Shown here: positions 28,947 through 34,523 of the stretch, one piece after another
Position numbering within the stretch: the first letter of the stretch is position 1
How the letters are laid out: every line of letters starts with the position of its first letter
Assembly (NCBI GenBank): GCA_046339335.1
Contig: JBKDUV010000205.1
Span: 1 to 34,523 of the forward strand
Direction of reading: 5' to 3'
DNA: 34,523 nucleotides
Source: Planctomycetia bacterium
Lineage (GTDB): Bacteria; Planctomycetota; Planctomycetia; Pirellulales; UBA1268
Notes under the pieces: model-generated
What the model saw: only the letters and a program-made list of their open reading frames with translations
Databases searched by the model: none
Told to the model about the DNA's origin: nothing
Position numbers and translations under genes: made by a program

Positions 28947-29470
28947 GGGTCGTCCGCCAGGTCCGCCTGCCGATTGGCCACCCGGGCCATCACGAAGAGC
29001 AAGTCGCCGAGCCGGTTGAGGTATTCGATCGCGTTCGCCGGAATCGTGACGCCCTCCTGGAACCCGAGCGTGACCACGCGCCGTTCGGCGCGGCGGCAGA
29101 CGGTCCGGGCGACGTGAATCGCCGCCGCCAGCGCGGTGCCGGCCGGCAGGATGAAGCACTTGAGCGGCTCGAGTCCGGCCTCGTGCCGGTCGATTTCGGT
29201 CTCGAGGGCCGCGACGTGGGCCATCGTGATCCGCTCCTCGTCGGCGCCGGGCGTGGCGAGTTGGGCACCGAGGTCGAAGAGTTCGCACTGCAGGCGGCGC
29301 AGGAGTGGATCGAAGCCTGACGCGGGGCCGAGCGTGCGCACGACGCCGAGCTGGCTGTTGAGCTCATCCACCGTGCCGAAGGCCTCGATCCGGGCGTGGT
29401 CCTTCCGCACCCGGGGACCACCGAACAGCCCTGTTTCCCCGGCATCGCCGGTCTTGGTGTATATCTTCAC
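28931..29470 (-). CDS. PduO-type ATP:cob(I)alamin adenosyltransferase
   Basis: KIYTKTGDAGETGL, RIEAFGTVDELNS, LFDLGA, FILP, ARTVCRRAER, YLNRLGDLLFVMAR; AGGAG RBS before GTG 29470. Confidence 0.95.
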   Translation of the reverse strand: MKIYTKTGDAGETGLFGGPRVRKDHARIEAFGTVDELNSQLGVVRTLGPASGFDPLLRRLQCELFDLGAQLATPGADEERITMAHVAALETEIDRHEAGLEPLKCFILPAGTALAAAIHVARTVCRRAERRVVTLGFQEGVTIPANAIEYLNRLGDLLFVMARVANRQADLADDPWIHP

Positions 29471-29512
29471 ACGCGTCGCTCCTGCGGCCGGAAACCCTGC
29501 GGCTATGGCGGC

Positions 29513-29518
29513 TATACT
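29513..29518 (+). promoter_or_regulatory. Putative -10 (TATACT) 7 nt before ATG; leaderless-type promoter
   Basis: TATACT-ggacttc-ATG(29526), no SD sequence. Confidence 0.5.
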
Positions 29519-29525
29519 GGACTTC

Positions 29526-30692
29526 ATGCGGCAAACCTGCAACTTCGTCCGGTTCGGATTCCGGTTCGGAATCCCCCTTGGAGGCCTGTCTCTCGCCTGC
29601 GCGACGGTCCTGCTGCTCCCCGCGGCCGCGACGGGCGATCAGCCGGCCACGGCTTCGGCCATCGAAGCCGGGTTCCTGTCCCCTCCGATCCAGGTCACGG
29701 CCGGGATGCCCAAGGCGGGAGAGGGCTATTTTTCGCCCGACGCCCGCCGGATCTGCTACCAGGCCGTGCCCGACCGGTATCCCTTCTATCAGATCTACGT
29801 CCAGGACTTCGACGCCGCCGCGATCCAGCCCACCCCGCCGCGACGGGTGAGCCCGGGCCGCGGCCGGACTACGTGCAGTTGGTTCTCACCCGACGGCACC
29901 CGGCTCCTGTTCGCATCGAGCCACCTCGATCCGAACATCGACGCCACCGAGACGCGGGCCCGCGAGCAGGCGGAGGAGGACCGCCGCACCGGAAGGCGCC
30001 GACGGTATCAATGGGACTTCGATCCCTGCATGGACATCTTCACCACGCGGCTCGACGGCACCGACCTCGTGCGCCTGACCCGTGAGCCTGGCTATGACGC
30101 GGAGTGCTCCTTCTCCCCGGACGGGAAGCGGATCCTGTTCGTCAGCGACCGCGACGGCGATCCCGACGTCTACGTGATGGACGCCGATGGCGGCAACGTC
30201 CGGCAACTGACCGACGCTCCGGGCTACGACGGCGGGCCGTTCTTCTCCCCCGACGGCCGCTGGATCACCTACCGCACCGACCGGCTGGAGAAGGACATGC
30301 TGCAGATCCACGTCATGCGGGCCGACGGCAGCGGCGACGTGGCGATCACGGCGGGGAAGGGTGTGCGCTGGGCGCCCTACTGGCACCCGCGCGAACCGTG
30401 GCTTATCTGGACCGGCGCCGACCACTCCGATCCGAACGCCCGGCCCAACTACGACCTCTGGATCGCCCGCTACTCGGCCGACGACGGCGGCTTCCGCATC
30501 GGCACGCCGGTCCGGCTCACCGATCACGAGGGGGCCGACGTGCTTCCGGTCTTCTCTCCCGACGGCAGCCTGCTGATGTGGACGGCGAGCCGCGGAGGGG
30601 ACGGCGGCGGCCGCTCGGCACCGAGCCAGCTCTGGGCCAGCCGGCCGGACAACGCGGCGATCCGCGACGCGGTCGGCGAGGTGCCGCGATGA
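29526..30692 (+). CDS. TolB-like PD40 beta-propeller protein, exported
   Basis: Repeated FSPDG motifs (AGEGYFSPD, TCSWFSPDG, YDAECSFSPDG, YDGGPFFSPDG, LPVFSPDG); signal-like N-terminus. Confidence 0.88.
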   Translation: MRQTCNFVRFGFRFGIPLGGLSLACATVLLLPAAATGDQPATASAIEAGFLSPPIQVTAGMPKAGEGYFSPDARRICYQAVPDRYPFYQIYVQDFDAAAIQPTPPRRVSPGRGRTTCSWFSPDGTRLLFASSHLDPNIDATETRAREQAEEDRRTGRRRRYQWDFDPCMDIFTTRLDGTDLVRLTREPGYDAECSFSPDGKRILFVSDRDGDPDVYVMDADGGNVRQLTDAPGYDGGPFFSPDGRWITYRTDRLEKDMLQIHVMRADGSGDVAITAGKGVRWAPYWHPREPWLIWTGADHSDPNARPNYDLWIARYSADDGGFRIGTPVRLTDHEGADVLPVFSPDGSLLMWTASRGGDGGGRSAPSQLWASRPDNAAIRDAVGEVPR

Positions 30693-31534
30693 CGGCTCGG
30701 GCGAACGTCGCCGGACACAACGCGGCTGAGCGGATCGCGATGATCGGCGGCGGCCAGATGGCGCTGGCGCTGGCCGAGGGATTCGTGCGGTCGGGGCTCG
30801 TCTCCGCGGCGGCGATCACGGTCTTCGACCCGCACGCACCGGCGCGGGAGCGGCTCGCGGCCCGCCTCCCGGAGATCCGCTTCGCGGACTCCGCTGCGGA
30901 GGCCGTAACGAGTACCGACACCGTGATCCTCGCAGTCAAGCCGCAGCAGGCGGCCACGGCATGCCGCGGCCTCGCCGTGCCCGCCGACGCGGTCGTGGTG
31001 TCGATCGTGGCCGGCCTTTCGCTGGCGGCGATCGCCGACCTGACGGACACGCGCCGCGTCGTCCGCGTCATGCCCAACACGCCGTGCCTCGTGGGCCGGG
31101 GCGTCTCCGTGGTCTGCCGCACGCCCGACGTGCCGGCGGATCGCTTCGCGCGGATCGGCGACCTGCTCCGGGCGGTCGGCAGCGTCCACGAGGCGGACGA
31201 ATCGCTGCTCGACGCCGTGACCGGCCTGTCGGGCTCGGGTCCCGGCTTCGTGGCCGTGCTCGTCGAGGCGCTTGCCGATGGTGGCGTCCGCGCCGGCCTG
31301 CCGCGGCCCTTGGCGCTGGCGCTGGCGATCGAGACGCTCGCCGGCACGGCCGCGCTCCTCGAGCAGACGGGAGAGCATCCGGCGCAGATCAAGGACCGGG
31401 TGACGAGCCCCGGCGGGACGACGATCGCGGGCCTGGCGGTGCTGGAGCAGCGCGGGGTCCGCGGCGCGGTCGGAGACGCGGTGGTCGCGGCCGCGGCCCG
31501 GGCCCGGGAACTCGGCCGGCCGCCGGCGTCGTGA
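30689..31534 (+). CDS. proC: Pyrroline-5-carboxylate reductase
   Basis: IGGGQMA, LAVKPQ, SIVAG, RVMPNTP, TGLSGSGPG, VTSPGGTTIAGL; ATGA overlap with upstream gene. Confidence 0.97.
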   Translation: MTARANVAGHNAAERIAMIGGGQMALALAEGFVRSGLVSAAAITVFDPHAPARERLAARLPEIRFADSAAEAVTSTDTVILAVKPQQAATACRGLAVPADAVVVSIVAGLSLAAIADLTDTRRVVRVMPNTPCLVGRGVSVVCRTPDVPADRFARIGDLLRAVGSVHEADESLLDAVTGLSGSGPGFVAVLVEALADGGVRAGLPRPLALALAIETLAGTAALLEQTGEHPAQIKDRVTSPGGTTIAGLAVLEQRGVRGAVGDAVVAAAARARELGRPPAS

Positions 31535-31573
31535 TTCAGCGGGCACGCGAGCCGCCCTCAGCGACGCGGCGAC

Positions 31574-31801
31574 CTACCTTTTCTTCGCGCGGCCCGGCTT
31601 CTTCTTCGCCGCCTTCGCCTTGGCCGCCTTGGCCTTTGACTTGGAGCCAGGCTTGGCCGACGCAGACGTGCCGGCCTTCGCGCGGTTCTCTCCGGACTTC
31701 TTGGTTCCGCTTTTTGTCACGCTCTTGGTTCGACTCGCGCCGAAGATGTGGTCCCAGCCGGCGGCGTACGGGCCGGAACTGCCCACGCGAATGATCGACA
31801 T
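31574..31801 (-). CDS. Small very basic protein (75 aa) with Lys/Ala-rich tail
   Basis: GGAGGGAG RBS; MSIIRVGS..YAAGWDHIFG head, then KAKAAKAKAAKKKPGRAKKR; AAG/GCC codon bias. Confidence 0.8.
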   Translation of the reverse strand: MSIIRVGSSGPYAAGWDHIFGASRTKSVTKSGTKKSGENRAKAGTSASAKPGSKSKAKAAKAKAAKKKPGRAKKR

Positions 31802-31853
31802 CTGATGCACTCCCTCCAGGAACGGTGAATTCGCTCAACACAACTTCTGCCCG

Positions 31854-31886
31854 GCGTTCCTACCGCTCGGAACGCTTGGATGTCAA
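31854..31886 (-). promoter_or_regulatory. Putative promoter TTGACA-N18-TAGGAA with overlapping 7-bp inverted repeat
   Basis: Perfect -35 at 31881-31886 (minus); GCGTTCC 31854-31860 / GGAACGC 31869-31875. Confidence 0.45.
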
Positions 31887-32293
31887 GAACGGTCGGCGCC
31901 GTTGTCGCCCGCCGTCTCGTCGATCTCCAACCAGACGCGGCCGCATGCGGCCGGCAACGGCACCCGACCCGAGCCGACGGCCGTCGGCACGGCATCCCGC
32001 ACCGCCCGATCCAACGCCACCACCGGTTCCAGCAACAGATCGTTGCGCAGGCCGATCCGTCCACCGACCTCGTGGCGATAGTCGCACCCCGCCGCGGCGG
32101 GCGGCAGCTCGCGGCCGTTGAACACCACGGCGCATGCCGCCGGATGCTCGATGACGAGCCAGACGCTCGTGCCCGGCTCGAGGCCCGCGGGCCGGCCGAA
32201 CCGACGCCGCCAGCCGGCCCGCCGGCCGGGGACGGCGACAGCCGGCACCGGCTCCCAGGCGTTGCCGAGATGGATGCGATGGGGCGGATTCAT
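31883..32293 (-). CDS. Hypothetical protein, resembles a GH2 sugar-binding-like beta-sandwich
   Basis: HRIHL...W, RRRFGRPAGL, VWLVIE, VVFNG, RNDL, VWLEI pattern. Confidence 0.65.
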   Translation of the reverse strand: MNPPHRIHLGNAWEPVPAVAVPGRRAGWRRRFGRPAGLEPGTSVWLVIEHPAACAVVFNGRELPPAAAGCDYRHEVGGRIGLRNDLLLEPVVALDRAVRDAVPTAVGSGRVPLPAACGRVWLEIDETAGDNGADRS

Positions 32294-32327
32294 GCACCGA
32301 ATTCTGCCGGATTCGAACCCCGGTCGC

Positions 32328-32333
32328 TATACT
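32328..32333 (+). promoter_or_regulatory. Putative -10 (TATACT) for trxA
   Basis: GCTATACT, same context as 29511-29518; ~90 nt upstream of trxA. Confidence 0.45.
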
Positions 32334-32423
32334 TCGCGGGACCGCAGGTCCGTCCGGCCCTGCGACCGCCCACACCACCATGGCCGGCACAGCCGGCCGA
32401 CAACCCAGGAGACCGCCACGACG

Positions 32424-32753
32424 ATGGGATCCGCCCTCGAATTCACCGACGCCAACTTCCAGAGCGAAGTGCTCCAGTCTCCGGTTCCCGTGCACGTCGA
32501 CTTCTGGGCACCGTGGTGCGGTCCCTGCCGGATGATCGGACCGATCATCGAGGACCTGGCCAAGGAGAACGCGGGGTCTTTCAAGGTCGGCAAGGTGAAC
32601 GTCGACGACAACCAGCGGCTGGCGATGTCGTACAACGTGGCGAGCATCCCCACGATCATGATCTTCAGCGGGGGCTCCCTCGTGCAGCAGTACATGGGCG
32701 TGCAGCCCAAGGCCACGCTGCAGCGGGCGCTCGATGAGGCCAAGCCGGTCTGA
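32424..32753 (+). CDS. trxA: Thioredoxin
   Basis: VDFWAPWCGPCR, KVNVD, SIPT; AGGAGA RBS; 109 aa. Confidence 0.97.
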   Translation: MGSALEFTDANFQSEVLQSPVPVHVDFWAPWCGPCRMIGPIIEDLAKENAGSFKVGKVNVDDNQRLAMSYNVASIPTIMIFSGGSLVQQYMGVQPKATLQRALDEAKPV

Positions 32754-32774
32754 CGCGAAGACCGTCGCGGCCGG

Positions 32775-34304
32775 TCAGGGCGCCCCCACGCCGACGAGCG
32801 CGGAGGCGTCCTCCCGGCCGCCGGCAGACCGTTCGCCGGCCGGCGGCGACCGCCAGCGATCCACGAGCGCGTCCGGCACGAAGCCGGCCAGGTCGATCTC
32901 GGCCCCCGGTTGGCGGAGTTTCTCCACCGCCTTGGCCTCGATCTGCCGGACCCGCTCGCGAGTCACGTCGAAGATCGTGCCCACCTCCTCGAGCGTGTAT
33001 GAATATCCGTCGGCGAGCCCGAACCGGAGGCGGATGATTTCCCGCTCCCGATACGACAGGCCGTCGAGCGCCCGGGCGATGCTCGACCGCAGCGACGTCT
33101 GGTTGACCGTCCGCAGCGGGTCCTCCTCGCGTTGGTCGCGGACGAAGTCCCCCACGGCCCCGTCGTCCGAATCACCGAGCGGCTGATCGAGCGACATCGG
33201 TCGCCGGGACATCCGCCAGACGCACTCGGCATCCTCGAGCGACAGGCCCGCCAGATCGGCCAACTCCTCCACCGTGGCCTCGCGACCGTTCCGCTGCAGG
33301 AACGTGCGGGCGATGTTGCGCATCTTCGTCATCGTGTCGATCATGTGCACAGGGACGCGGATGGTGCGGCTCTGATCGGCGATGGCCCGCGTGATCGCCT
33401 GACGGATCCACCAGGTCGCGTAGGTGGAAAACTTGAAGCCCCGCGCGTGCTCGAACTTGTCCACCGCCCGCATCAGCCCGGAGTTGCCCTCCTGGATGAG
33501 GTCGAGGAAGGACAGGCCGCGATTGCGGTATCGCTTGGCGATCGAGATCACGAGCCGGAGATTGCCGGCCGCCAGGGCGCTCTTGGCATCGTCGTAGCGG
33601 CGCTGCAGATCGGAGAGCCGCTCCAGCCGCCGGCCGAGCGTCACCCGGCTTTCGCGGGTGGCGAGCAGGATCCGACGCTGCTCGGCCGCCGCGTCCGCGC
33701 CGGCAGCGGAGCCGAATGCCCGCAGGGCCTCGTACCGCGCCGCCATGTCCCGCAGCTGCTTGAGCAGCGGGTAGAGCCGCTGGATGCGCAGGTGCATCTC
33801 CTCGACCAGCCGCACCGCCTTGTTTCGCTGCCGCACCAGACGCCGCCAGGCGTCGTGCCGCTGTGCCAGCGGCACGCGCCGCGACATGGCGATGCGAAAC
33901 AGCCGTCGCTTCTCCCGTTCGATGAGCCGCAACGTCACCAGGTTCGGCCCCAGCCGCCTGAGGAGCCGCTTCTTTTCCGCCGTGTTGGTGACCGAAACCT
34001 CGATCGTCCGATCGAGCCGCACGGTGCCCGCCTGCACCTTCTCGAGCAGGGCCACCGCCCCGGCGAGCACGAAGTCGTTCGCGAGCAGCGTCCTCCGGAA
34101 CCGCCGCCGCCAGAGTTCGATCTGCTTCGAGTTCGAGACTTCCGTCTCGCGTGAGAGCAGCGGAATGCCCCCCATCTGGAGCAGATAGAGCCGCACCGGG
34201 TCGTCGATCGCGGCGGTCACCTTGCGACGCCGGGACTGGACGGCGGCGGGCCGGACTGCCGGCCGGGGAGCGGGGCGATCGGTGGGGGCGGCGAGCGGTT
34301 TCAT
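32775..34304 (-). CDS. RpoD/SigA-family sigma-70 factor lacking region 1.1
   Basis: r1.2 [12 protein letters not shown]; r2 [27 protein letters not shown]...[30 protein letters not shown]; r4 [21 protein letters not shown]; start uncertain. Confidence 0.93.
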   Translation of the reverse strand: MKPLAAPTDRPAPRPAVRPAAVQSRRRKVTAAIDDPVRLYLLQMGGIPLLSRETEVSNSKQIELWRRRFRRTLLANDFVLAGAVALLEKVQAGTVRLDRTIEVSVTNTAEKKRLLRRLGPNLVTLRLIEREKRRLFRIAMSRRVPLAQRHDAWRRLVRQRNKAVRLVEEMHLRIQRLYPLLKQLRDMAARYEALRAFGSAAGADAAAEQRRILLATRESRVTLGRRLERLSDLQRRYDDAKSALAAGNLRLVISIAKRYRNRGLSFLDLIQEGNSGLMRAVDKFEHARGFKFSTYATWWIRQAITRAIADQSRTIRVPVHMIDTMTKMRNIARTFLQRNGREATVEELADLAGLSLEDAECVWRMSRRPMSLDQPLGDSDDGAVGDFVRDQREEDPLRTVNQTSLRSSIARALDGLSYREREIIRLRFGLADGYSYTLEEVGTIFDVTRERVRQIEAKAVEKLRQPGAEIDLAGFVPDALVDRWRSPPAGERSAGGREDASALVGVGAP

Positions 34305-34494
34305 GGCAGGAACGTCCGGGTGGAGAAGGATGCCGTGGCCCGACGGCCGGCGGTCCCCGGAACACGGACGCAGATTCGGTGCCGAACCCGGACGCCGGCC
34401 TGCGAAAAACACGCCGCACGAGCTTTTTCCCCGGCATTCACCGAACGGTTGGCCAGACCGGGCCGGCTGCCGGCAAGGTCCCCCGGCCGGCGGC

Positions 34495-34523
34495 GGGGGG
34501 GGGCCCCCGCCCCCCCCCCCCCC
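34495..34523. repeat. G/C homopolymer low-complexity tail, probable contig-end artefact
   Basis: G run followed by C runs at the window end. Confidence 0.6.

Noticed and set aside
29526-30692. Assigning gene symbol tolB
   Set aside because: Lacks the TolB N-terminal domain and tolQRA/pal context.
34495-34523. G/C runs as G4 or terminator
   Set aside because: At the sequence end; most likely a low-quality assembly tail.

Overview
High-GC bacterial chromosomal segment, very likely Planctomycetota (Pirellulales-like). The assignment is inferred from a planctomycete-type dihaem cytochrome protein, a DUF1570-like gluzincin, a TPR+alphaCTD protein and an RpoD paralogue. It carries about 29 CDS and one tRNA-Thr(CGT). 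Housekeeping genes are groES-like, prmC-prfA-rpmE, kdsA, argG, pyk, xylA, glnD, a PduO-type adenosyltransferase, proC, trxA and a sigma-70 factor; these are mixed with lineage-specific secreted or membrane proteins. No integrase, transposase, CRISPR array or rRNA was seen. Most notable: (1) a co-oriented locus of tRNA-Thr, a TPR protein with two tandem RNA polymerase alphaCTD domains, and a Rho-N/DUF4912-like protein, a candidate uncharacterised transcription-control module; (2) just upstream, an unannotated ~125-nt multi-stem element with a U7 tail and a mutually exclusive alternative helix; (3) two genes each interrupted by one in-frame stop (glnD TAG at a conserved Glu; a large exported protein TGA), both explicable by a single G->T change; (4) three exported proteins with enzyme-like folds whose catalytic residues appear lost. 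All family assignments come from motif recognition by eye, not database searches.
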